Assembly: GCF_004010195.1 (NCBI RefSeq)
Contig: NC_057752.1
Span: 209,241 to 273,240 of the forward strand
Length of the DNA: 64,000 nucleotides
Origin: Chiloscyllium plagiosum
Taxonomy: Eukaryota
Reading direction: 5' to 3'
The position numbers were made by a program, and so were the translations under genes. This document shows positions 41,201-53,656 of this stretch, piece after piece (within the stretch, counting starts at the first letter, position 1; each line of letters starts with the position of its first letter). The notes below the pieces were generated by a model, which worked only from the letters and a program-made list of their open reading frames with translations, made no database searches and was not told where the DNA came from.

Positions 41201-41514
41201 TTTTAATTTTTTAATTCATTCATAGGTTTTGGGCATCACTGGCTCAGCCAGCATTTATTTCCCATCCCTCGATGCCTTTGAGAAGGTGGTGGTTAGCTGC
41301 TGCCTTGAACTGCTGGAGTCCATTTGCTATAGTCACACATGCTGTCAAGAAGGCAGTTCCAGAATTTTGACCAAATGACAATGAAGAAATGGTGATATAT
41401 TTCCAAGTCAGAATGGTGTGTGACTTGAATAGAAACTTGCAGGTGGTGATAGTGTTCTCAAGTAACTGCTGCCCTTGTCCTTCTAGATGGAAATGATGGT
41501 GGGTTTGGAAGTAT

Positions 41515-42214
41515 TGGGGGGAAAATCACCAGCCTCTGAGTCAGAGTCGGGGTTCAACGACAGAGTTTATTGTACAAGGAAATACCAGAGCTCCGGGGAA
41601 AGAAAGACACCAACAGCACAGTGGTCAGCTGCGATTCTTCTCACAACCTGGAGCACATGTCAAGATACTTTTATAGATTTTGTGATATAATAGGTCAGTG
41701 ATGATGTTATTGTCTCTGTTAACATTGTTTGTTGTAAACATTGCAGAATCGTTGATAGTTTTGATGCAGTCATTGTCAGTTCCAGCGCAGCCTGTGTTAA
41801 TTTCAGTGCAGTTGTTGTCACTTTCAATGCAGACATTGTCAGTTTCAATGTCTGTGCAGAAGTCCATTGCTGTAGTAATGGGTGTTGATCGCTCTTCCTG
41901 AGAAGGATGAATACTGCAGCCCTGGCTATTAGCATTTTGTATTGAGTCCATATCAAAGTGTTAGCATTTCTGTCAAAGGATCCAGACACTTCAGCGAGCA
42001 GTATACGCTACTCATGTGTATTCTCTCCCCCACCTGCTTTAAATTAATCAGCTAGGTTGTGAGTGCATTGTGCTGGCATTCTGGTGGTCCCAGGCAGTAT
42101 CTGTGTTTGCTTTGCTGTCTCTCTCCATCTTGTGTGTCAAGTGGCCAACTTATGGTTCAGTGGAATCTTGTGTGTCCATGTGCCTAGTATCACCCTGCCC
42201 CATGCTATCTGAAC
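41515..42214 (-). mobile_element. Solo-LTR-like insert with an internal 21-nt degenerate tandem repeat
   Basis: Interrupts the LINE, which resumes at ~42215. gtat/gtac flanks; minus-strand AATAAA near 41566. Confidence 0.5.
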
Positions 42215-43444
42215 GTACTGTCTGAGGAACTTTGGTGAATTTCTAAAGTGCATCTTGTACACATTGCTGCTACTGAGTATCGATGGTGAAGTGACTGACT
42301 GCAGATGTGGTGCCAATCAAACAGGCTCCTTTATCTTGGGTGATGTCAAACTTCTGGAGTGATGTGGAAGCTGTACCCATCCACGCAAGAGGGGAACATT
42401 CCATCACATTCCTGACTTGTGCTTCGAAGATGGTGGACATGCTTTGGGGAGTCAGGTGGTGAATTACTCACTGCAAGATTCCTTGCTTCCAACTGGCTCT
42501 TTAGCCACAGTATTTATATCGCAATGCAGTTCAGTTTCTAGTCAATGGGAAGTTCCCAGGATACTGATAGTGGGGGATTCAGTGATGGTAATGCCATTGA
42601 ATGTCAAGGGGCAGTGGTTAGATAGTCTGTCTCTTATTGGAGATGGTCATTGCCTGGAATTTGGTGTGAATGTTTCTTGCCACTTGTCAGCTCAAGCCTG
42701 GTTACTGTCTGAGTCCTGCTTCATTTGGACATGGATTGCATCAGTATCTGAGGAGTTATGAATAGTGCTGAACGTTGTGCAATCATCAGCGAACATCCCG
42801 ACTTCTGGCCTTGTGATGTAGGAAAGATCATTGATGAAGCAGCTAAAGATCGTTTGGCCTAGGACACTACCCTGAGGAACTCCTGCAGACATATCTTGGA
42901 GATGAGATGACTGACTTTCAATAACCACAATCGTCTTCAGATGAGGCAGTTATGAATCCAACCAGTGGAGACCTCCTCTCCAAATACCCATTGATTCCAA
43001 TTTTGCTTAGGCTCCTGGATGCCACATTCAGGGAAGATATGTTAGGCCATGTGGTTGCAGAATGTGTTAGACTACAGTTCTGCTGCTGATGGTTCACAGT
43101 GCTTCATAGATGCCCAGTCTTGAATTGCTAGATCTGTTCAAAATCTGTCCCATCTAGCATCTCAACACAATGAAGGGTATTCTAAATGTGAAGATGGAAC
43201 TTCATCTCTTTCAGGACTTGTGCAGTGGTCATTCTTATTGATTTATTATCCTGAACAGATGCATCTGTTGCAAATAGGATCAAGTATGATTTTCCCTTTT
43301 TGGTTTCCTCACCACCTGCCACAGTCCGAGTCTATCAGCTGTGTCCTTCAGGACTTGACTACCTTAGTAGTGGTGTTGCCAAGCCACTTCTGGTGATGGA
43401 CATTGGACATTGAAGTCCCTCACCCAGAAAATATTCTGCACCCT

Positions 43445-44304
43445 TGTAATGTTAAAAGATTAAATTGTACTATCTCTCTGGACATTAGTGTAAAACTGCA
43501 CTGTCTTTGGGTGGGGACGACATTCATGCAGGAATGCGAATGACTCCCACTCCAATTAGACAAGTCATCTGCTACTACCCCCCCTACTATTAAACTATCA
43601 TTCAATCTCTTCCATTCAGAAATGCTTTCGAGCCATCCCCTGAAGCTAACTATGTCATACCTACATTGTCTTGGGGAATCACTGAGTCAGGAAATTGTCA
43701 GCATAACAATTCCCCAGGATTAGGCATTTACATTTGCATTATCTCTGAGGATGATCTCATCCTACCATTGTACCTGGGGTAACATGTGACTGAGGGAGTG
43801 GCTGGGAGGGTTGTCTTGAGTGGCCAGAGTATCTGTGAGCGTGACCAACTGATCTGGATAAAGGGGATGTGTTTTCTTTGTTCAGGGCTTCACTTTGACT
43901 TGACTTCGCATGCATGCGAAGAGGGTCAACGGGATCATCTAGTTTGTACAAGCTTTAATACATTTTAACTGTTTGCTGAAGTTGGTGTGTGTGAATTGCA
44001 TCTTGTGTGTAAAACCTCGGGAAAAGAACCTAACACCCTTGCCACCCTTGGTGCTTCCTCCAAATGGCCTTCAACATGGAGTACTGATTCATCAGCCAAA
44101 GGAGGCTTCCTTGTCTGTATTGGCCTGTTGCTATTAGACTTTGTGGGGTCTGGAGTCATTGTTGAGGACTCCTAGGGTAAATTCCTCCCATTTGTATAGC
44201 TCTGTGCCATCATCGTTGTTGGGTCTGTATTTCTGATGGGACAGGACATACCTACAGCTGGTGTTGTCTGGAACATAATCATAATCACAAAACTGTACCC
44301 TACA
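43445..44304. mobile_element. Solo-LTR-like insert (TGTA...TACA)
   Basis: About 860 bp between two LINE segments with TGTA/TACA termini; no TSD seen. Confidence 0.45.
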
Positions 44305-45711
44305 GACAATGTCAGGCTATTGCATGACTAGTCTGAGACAGCTCTCCCAATTTTGGCACCAGCCCCTAGTTAATGAGGACTTTGCAGGGTCAACAGAGCT
44401 GTTTACCATTGTTGGTCGATGCCAGGTGATCAGTCTGGTTTCAATCCTTTTTTCTTTTCTAGTGGTTGATGCAACTGGTGTTCCAGAAGGCAGTTTGTGT
44501 ATGGAGTCATGTGGAAGCCAGACTGGGGAAGGATGGTAGTTTCCTTCACAAAAAGACATAAGGGTACTGGGTGGGTTTTTATGATAATCAACCATGGTTT
44601 CATCACTGATCATTAAACGTCCAGTTCTAGATTTTTCTAAAAGAAAATTTAAATTCCACCAGCTGGTGTGTTGGGATTCAAACTCAGGTCCCCAGAACAT
44701 TACCTGTGGAATGGATTCTCTGAATTAGACATTGTGCAACAATACCATGAGGTCATTAGCTCCACGTTATTCATGGCTAAACTAGATGGACTTCTGATGA
44801 ATCAGGGAGTCGAGTATATGTGTGTGCAAAACAGGAAACTTGAGTTGAGACCACTGCTATATCAACTATGTTCTAATTAAATAGCAGAGCAAGTTTGAGG
44901 GATCAAATTTTCCTTTTTTTTCCTAACCTACTCTTAAATAACTATTTTAAATTGATCGTTCACCATTGGCTCCCTAGCTACTGTTCTATTCACCTCGGAG
45001 CTTCCAAAAACCTCTTTTGATTTTTGAGAAGTACTTTTTGGATGCTTGCTACTCCTTTCAGCTCTATATGTGAAATACTGGTCCATCCAGACTGTTCCAT
45101 ATGTGACATAAGACGCAACAAAGTAAGTTTTTAAAAACCCAAGCTAATTAGCTGAGGGATAATCTGTAAAAATATTCTCTTCAACCCATGCTTAAGATAA
45201 TTGAAGAGATCTTCTGGACTCATTTCATTCTATCCTTATTGTTGAGGTGCAGATTTATGCTCACCAGGTGCTCATTTATTTTCTGGAGTGAGCTTCAACT
45301 ATATGTATCAAAGACAAGCTTGATGCTGTGTATCTTTAACAACTGCATGCTATCCACTGTCACAGGGAGTGATCAGCTGAGACATACATGACTCAAGGGT
45401 GCTGTTCAATCCCATCTGAATCCTTGGAGCACTTGAGTGGAATCTTTTATGGTTCATGTTCCTGCTTAAACAGAATCTCTGGCTTGGGGGCTTTTGTTTT
45501 CTGCTGAGGAAAGGACTCATTGGGAAAGATGTTTCTCACATCACATCATGTGTTAGAGGCGTTATTATATTGGGAGGCCATGAAGTTTAAAAAATGAATT
45601 CAAACTTCCAGTCTCTCTCTCTCTCTCTGTGGTTGCTTCTCACCCAATATATTAACAATGTTGCTTGTTGTCTACAACAGGTTTGTTTTAGACTTCTTAT
45701 TTCCTCCTCAG

Positions 45712-45813
45712 ATTTCAGGCATTTGACTTCTGCCCACGATTGAGCTACAGGTTGCAGGCAAGTTTTGTCTTGTCATCGATTTAGATGAGTCATTGAATCA
45801 CAGTTCCTTTGAG
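45712..45813 (+). pseudogene. CTDSP2: CTDSP2-like pseudogene, exon 4 equivalent (catalytic DxDxT exon)
   Basis: 102 nt, AG/GT intact. ISGI*LLPTIELQVAGKFCLVIDLDESLNHSSFE versus [34 protein letters not shown]. TGA at 45724-45726; DLDET changed to DLDES. Confidence 0.92.
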
Positions 45814-46261
45814 GTGAGTGTAATAGCTCTGTCTTTGAAAACCTCTCAGACAGTCTGGTTGATTTTTGGATCTCCAGGGTGTCTTAAACTTCCAATTCTC
45901 TACAGCCTCCTTTGACTTAGTTAAAAGCAGTCAACCGAATGTACCCTGCCTATCTATCCGGTCACTGGAAGTGTGCAGAGAGAGAAAAAAGTGCTTGTGT
46001 CTGTGAAGCTCCATCATGTATACTGGATGGAGACTGTTCACAAGGGGAATTGTATTTCAATGAGTAAGGTGACTGTGCTTTCTAAGAAGAAAATTGGGAT
46101 AAATCCCACCAATTCCCACTGAATATGGGGAATATAATTTTTCTTTTCCTTCTTTGCTGGCTCGTTCTCTCCCCGTCACATGTGCTCTGTTTTTCATTTT
46201 CACTTCAGTTGGTTTAATTAGTTAATTTGGGTTTTCAAACAAAAAGCTTGTGGCACAGCAA

Positions 46262-47060
46262 TAATCATACAGTATGGAAACAGACGATTTGGTCCAACCA
46301 GTCCCTGCTGACCATAATCCCAAATTAAACGAGTCCCACCTACCTGCACTTAGCCCATATCACTCCAAACCTTTCCCATTCATGTACATATCCAAATGTC
46401 TTTTAAACCTTGAAATTGCGCCCACATCCACTACTTCCTCTGGCATAGGGTGTAGGTTTGCTCGCTGAGCTGTAGGTTTGATTTTCCATGACGTTTCATT
46501 ACCTGGCTAGGTAACATCATCAGTGGCGACCTCCAAGTGAAGCGAAGCTGTTGTCTCCTACTCCTCGCTTCACTTGGAGGTCGCCACTGTTGATGTTACC
46601 TAGCCAGGTAATGAAACGTCTGGATATCAAACCTACAGCTCCGCGAGCAAACCTACACCCTAAACCTCAACCTGAGCTACAAACCTTCACAAACCTTGCG
46701 ACTTCCTCTGGCAGTTCATTACACACATGAAACACTTTTTTAAAAATTGCTCATCTTTTTTTTAAATCTTTCTCCTCTCACCTAAAACAAAATGCCCCCC
46801 TAGTCTTGAAATACCCCACCCTAGGGAAAAGACACCTGCCATTCATCTTATCTATACCCCTCATGATTGTATAAACCTTTATAAAGTCAACCCTCGGCCT
46901 TCTACGCTCCACTAAAAGAAAGTGTCAGCCTATTCAGTCTCTCCTTCTAACTCAAACCCTCCATTCCTGGCAACATCCTGTTAAATCTCTTCTGAACCCT
47001 CTCCACCTTGATATCCTCCCTATAACAGGGAGACCAGAACTGGATACAGTCCACCAGTTT
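46262..47060 (-). mobile_element. CR1 3' fragment interrupted by a fold-back mini Penelope-like insert
   Basis: CR1 tail and ORF2 end on both sides of 46446-46700. Confidence 0.85.
46446..46700. mobile_element. Palindromic mini Penelope-like element (about 98-bp inverted arms)
   Basis: Arms 46446-46544 and 46565-46662. Perfect 13-bp TSD ACTTCCTCTGGCA (46433-46445, 46701-46713). Confidence 0.9.
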
Positions 47061-47949
47061 AGAATCTGTGATAGACAGTGTCCCTATCTTGGGGCCAGAG
47101 GGCCTTGGTTCTAATCCCACCTGCTCCAGGGATTGTCATAACATACCTGAACAGGTTTTTTTTAAATGATGCATAGCACAGAGGAAATTTCTATATAGTC
47201 TGCTGCTGTACACTACTGATTTGTCCACTGCCTGGACACGCTGTGGCGTTCTGTTTTGCTGCAGGGCAGCAAGGACCACCAGTGGAGTGCTCTCTGTTGC
47301 GAACTCTTATATTTCTAAATACCTCTGATATTTGTTTGCAGGAAACTATATCACCTGTTTAGTTACTTGAAGAATCTTTTGGCTATACTTCAGTTGCATT
47401 CTTTTCATCATCAGGTACCCAGTGCAGAAAAGGGCATGATCAAGGTGGAAGACTCCCTCGTGGGCCTAGCTAAAGTAGCCAAAATACGGTCCAGGCAGCA
47501 TGCTGTGGTGGGAGTCCAAATTCTTGACCAAATGCCCCTCTTCTACAGCTACATTTGCACCTGGGTATCTTTGGAGAGGGAGTACACGGCATCAAGCAGG
47601 ACCTTCAAAGCTTTTAGAATTGGTTCTGCAGGGGTGGGATGCATTATCTACCCCCTCCAAAACTATTTGGATTTAATTCAAATGCCTCCTTTCTCCACAC
47701 CCACCTGGTTTTGAAGTTTTAGTTTTTATTTCACTGCTGAGTGGGCAACGTATGATATTTGTTAATTGGGTAATTAGTTAATTTGTTGGGTTTTATTGCA
47801 TTTTTTAAAAATGGATTCTTTCCCAGTGGGAAGGGAAAGGTCCAGAAAGAAGAGGTATAAACTGGTGTTTGTGCTGGAGTATAGATGCGCAATGAAACCC
47901 TTGGAAATCTCTGAAAGTCTTTTGCTGTGTAATTTAACATATGGAATGC

Positions 47950-49262
47950 GATTTTTGTGAAGATTTGTGGTTCAGACTGTAAGTTTGCTCGCTAAGCTGG
48001 AAGATTTGTTCTAAGACATTTCGTCACCGAACCAGGTAACATCATCAGTGAGCCTCTGTTGAAGCACTGGTGTTCTGTCCCGCTTTCTATTAGTGTGTCT
48101 TGGTCCTTTGTGGTGGGAGATATCACTTGCGGTTCTTTTTCTGAGAGTTTGGTAAATGAGGTCCAAATCGATGTATTTATTGATGGAGTTCCGGTTTGAA
48201 TACCAGGCCTCTAGGAATTCCCATGTGTATCTTTGTTTAGCCTCTCCCAGAATGGATGTATTGTCTCAGTCGAACTGGTGTCCCTCATTGTCTATAATGT
48301 ATGGATACTAGTGTTAGTTGGTCATGTCATTTGGTGGCTAGTTGGTGCTTGTGTATCCTGATGGCTAGTTTCCTGCCAGTCTGTGCGGTGTAATGTTTGT
48401 TGCAGTCCTTGAAGGGTATTTTCTATATGACGTTCATTCTGCTGGTTGTTGGTACAGGTTCATCAAGAGTTGTTTCACTGTGTTGGTAGGTTTGTGGGCT
48501 ACCATGATGCCAAGGGGCTGGAGTAGTCTGGTTGTCTGAGATGTCTTTAATGTATGGTAGTACAGCTAGAGTCTCTGGGCGTGTTGTTTGGTGAACTTCA
48601 TACCAATAAGGATATTGTTTGTGTTAATGGGCTTCTTCTAATTTGTTGCATTTCATGATGACAAAGATGACATAGTGAACCTAAAGCTTGTGCTGGATTG
48701 TGAGGAGGGCTGATCGTTCCAACCTCTGCATAACTGCCTCTGCCAAAAATCCTGATATTGGTGATCCCATGGGTGTCCCATTGATTTGTTTGTAGGTCTT
48801 GTCATTGAAGGTGAAGTGGGTTGTGAGGCACAAGTTAACCAAGTTTGAGGATGCTGTCCTTTCTGATGGCTGTCAGGTGTTTGTGACCTTCGTTTGTCTA
48901 GTAGTGTGGCCAGTGTTTCTTTGACCAAGATGATGCTTATTCATGTGAATAGGGCCATAGCGTCAAAGAAAACCATGACCTCATTTATCCTCCACCTTGG
49001 TGTCTTTCATGATGTTCAGGAATTCCAGGGTGGAGTGGATGGAGTTGGGTGAGTCATCCTCTAGGTATTTCAGTTTGCGTTGAAGTTCCTTTGCACGTCT
49101 CTATATAGGTGTGCCGGAAAGTGAGACTATGGGTCTGAGGCGGGTGGAGGGGGGGTGCCTGGATTGTGTACCTTTGGTAATCCGTAGAAACGGGGAGTCT
49201 TAGCAATGATGACAAAACATCTGAGAACAGATCTTCCAGCTTAGCAAGCAAACTTACAACCT
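47950..49262 (-). mobile_element. Poseidon-type Penelope-like element with an inverted terminal piece
   Basis: Homologous to 15720-17510. Flanks ttaacatatgg/ttaacatgtgg. Confidence 0.88.
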
Positions 49263-49489
49263 TAACATGTGGCTATTGGTCATGTTTTTTTATAAAAACT
49301 GGTTCCTAATGATGCCTCAACTGCATATAGTTGGCTTAAATCTGTTTGCTGGGAGAGTGAACATTGAATAGGAGGGAAAATTCCAATCGTATCCAGGGTT
49401 CCGATTTTATTAAACTAATGCACTTCACAGGAATTCCAAAACCTTTTGTTGAGACATTCTGTAATTTGGATGGCACAAGGATTGTTTGT

Positions 49490-50805
49490 AATTTTGGGAA
49501 GATTTGTAGCTCAGGTTGTGGATCAGGTCAAAGAAACAGTGGCCTCACTACTAGACGAACCAAGATCACAAACACCTGACAGCACTAACTCCATCAGCAA
49601 GGACAGCATCCTAAACCCATAGACCTGTGCCTCACAACCCACATCACCTTCAATGACAAGACCTGCAAACAAATCACTGGGATGCCGATGGGACTCTTAG
49701 CAGAAGCAGTTATGCAGAGATTAGAATGAACGGCCCTTCCCACGATCCAGCCCAGGCTTTGGGTCCGCTGGGTCAGCTATGTGGATGACACCTTTGTCAT
49801 CGCGATACACAACAAATTAGAAAAAGCCCACAAACACATAAACAACATCCTTTCTGGGATAAAGTTCACCAAAGAGGAAGAGACCAACAACAGACTCCCC
49901 TTCCTAAGCGTCACAGCAGAATGAAAATCCAATGGAGAGCTGCAGACCAACGTTTGCAGGAAAGCCAACACAGACCAGATACTCAACTACAGGAGCAATT
50001 ATCCCAACAACCACAAACTAAGCTGCATCAGGACATTATTTTAAAAAGCCACAACACACTGCAGCACCTAGGAACTACAAGAAGCTGAGGAAAAAACTTA
50101 TACAATATATTCAGGATCAACGGGTACCCAATAAGCACAGTCTGCCGATTCCTACACAACAGACCTAAATAAGAAGAGACAACATGCCCAGAGACTCTAG
50201 CCACCCTGCCATACATTAAAGCCATCTTGGACATGATGACTAGACTACTCCAGCCCCTGGGCATCAGGGTAGCCCACAAAACCTACCACCACACTGAAAC
50301 AGCACCTGATGAATTTAAAGGACGCTGTACCAACAACCAGCATAACGAATGTCATATACAAAATGCCCTGCAAGGACTACAACAAACACTACATTGGACA
50401 AACAGGCAGGAAATTAGCCACCAGGATACACGAGCACCAACTAGCCACCAAAAGGCATGACCAACTATCACCAGTAACCATACACACACAAGGCGGGACA
50501 CCAGTTCGACTTGGACAAAACATCACTCCTGGAACAGGCTAAACAAAGATACGCATGGGAATTCCTAGAGGCCTGGCATTCAAACTGGAAATCCAATAAC
50601 AAACATATTGATTTAGACCCTACTTACGTTAGAAAAAGAACCGGAAGTGATATCACCCACCACAACAGACCAAGACAAATAAATAGCAAGCGGGACAGAA
50701 CACCAGTGCTTCATCGGATGTTCACTGATGATGTTTCCAAGCATGGTGATGAAATGTCTGAAAACAAACAAATCTATCAGCTCAGTGAGCAAACTTACCA
50801 CCTGA
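49490..50805 (+). mobile_element. Poseidon-type Penelope-like element
   Basis: YVDD and NVIYKMPCKDYNKHYIGQTGRKLATRIHEH (GIY-YIG). Confidence 0.9.
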
Positions 50806-50876
50806 CAGGCAATGTGTTATTGGAAGTTAACAGTGCAAATGTATATTTAACCTAATTCAGACTCTCGCTGTTTCAG

Positions 50877-50933
50877 CCAGTCGGCAATGCTGACTTCATA
50901 GTTCCTGTTGAAATTGAAGGAGAGACCCAGCAG
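50877..50933 (+). pseudogene. CTDSP2: CTDSP2-like pseudogene, exon 5 equivalent
   Basis: 57 nt. PVGNADFIVPVEIEGETQQ versus PINNADFIVPIEIEGTTHQ. Acceptor intact; donor reads TTGAGA instead of GT. Confidence 0.92.
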
Positions 50934-51299
50934 TTGAGAAACTGTTCAATTTATTTTCAAACTAATCAGTGTCATGATTCTCTGCCCTTCTATGACTTCT
51001 GTGATAATATGGACAGTGACTAGAGTTGTGAGCCTGTGTGCCAGGGATGAATTCTTGAGCATGGATTATCTGCATGAACCGAGTGTGGGGATCATTCCCT
51101 GTGCTAAATCAGGTAAACCTAAGGTTCACCTGGTTTACATGAGCTTGGTCTGCTGGCAAATTAAATTTGTCAAGTAACCTTTGTTGTGGACCAGACCAGA
51201 CCGACACCCCCCCCCCCGGAGTTGAAAGTGAATCTCTTGAACTCTGCCGTAACCAAGGAGGTGGAAATGGAGTGTTTCACTGGGTGGGCTAGTTGAACA

Positions 51300-51507
51300 A
51301 ACAAGTGAGGACTGCAGATGCTGGAGATCAGAGTCAAAAATTGTGGTGCTGGAAAAGCACAGCCGGTCAGGCAACATCCGAGGAGCAGAAGAGTTGACGT
51401 TTCGAGCATCAGCTGACGAAGAGCTTATGCTCGAAACTTCAACTCTCCTGCTCCTCTGATGCTGCCTGACTGGCTGTGCTTTTCCAGCACCACAAGTTTT
51501 GACTCTA
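51300..51507. mobile_element. Fold-back mini Penelope-like terminal element
   Basis: Inverted arms around cagctgacgaagagcttatgctcgaaa; approximate TSD ggctagttg/ggctaattg. Confidence 0.8.
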
Positions 51508-52245
51508 GGCTAATTGGAGGTCATATAATGAAAGCTGCGAGAATACATCCGACCTGAGAGAAAACGGAATTGGTAGAGTAGTGGTCAGTTCAGGTTGTCT
51601 TCAGTGCTGTGGAGTTGGTCCTTTTCTCACTATATTCAATCAAATATTCTTTTAAAAACATAGCCCTTTGGTTGTGGCTTGCAGAGGTACCTCTTAAGGA
51701 CTGAAATAAGCCTTAGTTTAATGCAACAGTCCTGGCAATGTTCAAAGCAGATCAATTTCAGGAAGGATATCTTTAAAAATGATCAGGGCTCTTTTATATA
51801 TGCAGTGACACACCATTTCAGTCCCTGGACATCTATCTCTGTCTTTTTGTTAATACTGTGAGCAATACATCTTTCAGATGAAATGTATGTTCTCTCATCA
51901 CAATGTTAATGTGTTTTTATACCTATACAAATGGGATCGTGTTGACTAATTCCTGTTTCCAAGCAAATGGTTACAAATACTTTGGCTGTTATATTACAGA
52001 ATCATAGACATTTACAGCACCAAAGGAGGCTACTTAGGTTATCATGTCTGTGCTAGCTAATGAAGAGCTATTCAGCCTAATGCTATATTCCAACTCTTGA
52101 ACTGCAGCTTACAGCAGCTTGAGTATATATCCAAGTATTGTTTACTCCTACAGTGGAGATTCATTTTGTATTCACTAATTTTTAGCTTATTTGAAATTTT
52201 GTTTTTCAGCTATTGGAGAGCTTGATTTTAACCAAATGAGTGTCT

Positions 52246-52334
52246 GTCTAGCTAAGACCTGCTTCAAGTAATCCAGGATAGGCTGTGTTAATTTAAAATG
52301 GCCTATTCTTGATGACTTGTTTCAGGAAATAGAC
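52246..52334 (+). ncRNA. MIR26A2: miR-26a precursor hairpin (mir-26a-2 type), intronic in the CTDSP2-like locus
   Basis: 52263-52284 TTCAAGTAATCCAGGATAGGCT is identical to mature miR-26a-5p. 52302-52323 CCTATTCTTGATGACTTGTTTC differs at one base from recalled miR-26a-2-3p. Basal pairing cctg/cagg and gtcta/tagac; UGUG at the loop. Lies between the exon 5 and exon 6 equivalents, the known miR-26 intron of CTDSP genes. Confidence 0.96.
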
Positions 52335-52508
52335 TGTTTCACATCGGCGAGGATTGCTGATGGGATCTTCAGTTATCTGTTGTTCATTATGTGGGAGAGG
52401 AAGTGAATGGAGGTGCTGGCTTCATGATACCCTAATTTGAATCATTGAAAATCAATTAGCCATTAGTAAAGGGAGATGAAAGTTGATACAGAATAGAAAG
52501 TGGCCCAG

Positions 52509-53454
52509 CGGGAGCCTGTGCCCCACAACCTGAGCCGCCTCCGGAATTTTAATTTTGTTCCCTTCCAGGGGGTAAAAAGGAAGGCCTTATATCGACTGCT
52601 GCTGCACACCGTCCACCTCTTCTCCATCATCCACCGTCCGGACACGCCTTGGCATGCCCATTTGCCACCGAGAGATGGGGATCCCCAGTGGAGGGCTCTC
52701 CCTTTCTCTCGGGGATCTGGGGTGGCGGGTGCTGCACACAGCAGTCCCCTGCAACCGCAGATTGCGGTGGTTCACGGACTCCCAGCCCAACTGCTTGTTC
52801 TGTGGCGCTGTGGAGTCCGTGGACCAGGTGTATATTGGGTGTGGGCGTTTGCACTCCCTTTTTGATTTTCTGAAAAACCTCCTCCTCTGCTTTTGGTTGC
52901 ACTTCAGTCCCACGCTCCTGGTCTTCGGGCACCCGGTACGGAGGAGGGAGGGCAGGTCTGAAGACCTCCTCGTGGGTCTGCTCCTGGGCCTGGCCAAACT
53001 GGCCATCAACAGGTCGAGGCAGCGGGCCGTGGAGGGGGTCGTTAGGGCCGACTGCCTGCCCCTCTTCCGCGGTTACGTTAGAGCCCGGGTGTCCTTGGAG
53101 AAAGAGCACGCAGTGTTCACCAACACCCTGGAGTTGTTCAGGGAGAGGTGGGCGCCGCAGGGAATGGAGTGTATTATTTCCCCCTCCAACTCTATCTTGA
53201 TTTAGTCCCTACCCTCCCCTTCACTGTTTGATCACACAGCATTGCCCTTTGATGTGAAGGGCAGTGTTTGTCACTGGCCACCCGGGTGTTTTCCTATCTT
53301 CCTGGTGGTGGAAATCGAATAAAGATTCGTACAACTTGTGTCTCTCACTGTGTCTCACACCTGCACACACACACCATAGGTGCTGGGGAAAAAAATAATA
53401 AGCACTACCGCAGTTAGGCGGTAGTGTGGGGGAACAACAAAAAAAAGAAAAAAA
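52509..53454 (+). mobile_element. Tx1/L1-clade non-LTR retrotransposon, 5' truncated (ORF2 C-terminal CCHC region + 3' UTR)
   Basis: DLGWRVLHTAVPCNRRL...CLFCGAVESVDQVYIGC...FRERWAP*. 3' hairpin cactaccgc/gcggtagtg, poly-A, and 17-bp TSD AATAGAAAGTGGCCCAG (52492-52508, 53455-53471). Confidence 0.9.
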
Positions 53455-53656
53455 AATAGAAAGTGGCCCAGAGCTGTCTGAATGGGGGAAACAAAGTTTA
53501 AAAAAAAATCACATGACACCAGGTTATAGTCCAACAGGTTTATTTGAAAGTACTAGCTACTTTGGCAGGGGGAGGAGATGGAGCAGAGAGAGGAGAGAAA
53601 GGAATGTTAGTGTGCTGGGTCTGTTACTGCTTCTAACTAACGTGCACTTCTTTCAG

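Larger units (their letters stand above)
41210..44490 (-). mobile_element. Degraded CR1/L2-group LINE of a second family, interrupted by two LTR-like inserts
   Basis: [21 protein letters not shown]...GMFADDCT in ORF 42692-42928. Confidence 0.8.

Noticed and set aside
45063..45122. Candidate CTDSP2 exon 3 (AG...AA/GTAAGT)
   Set aside because: It has splice-like ends but shows no similarity to SDLLQCLQYQFYQ and is the wrong length. Exons 1 and 3 were not found.
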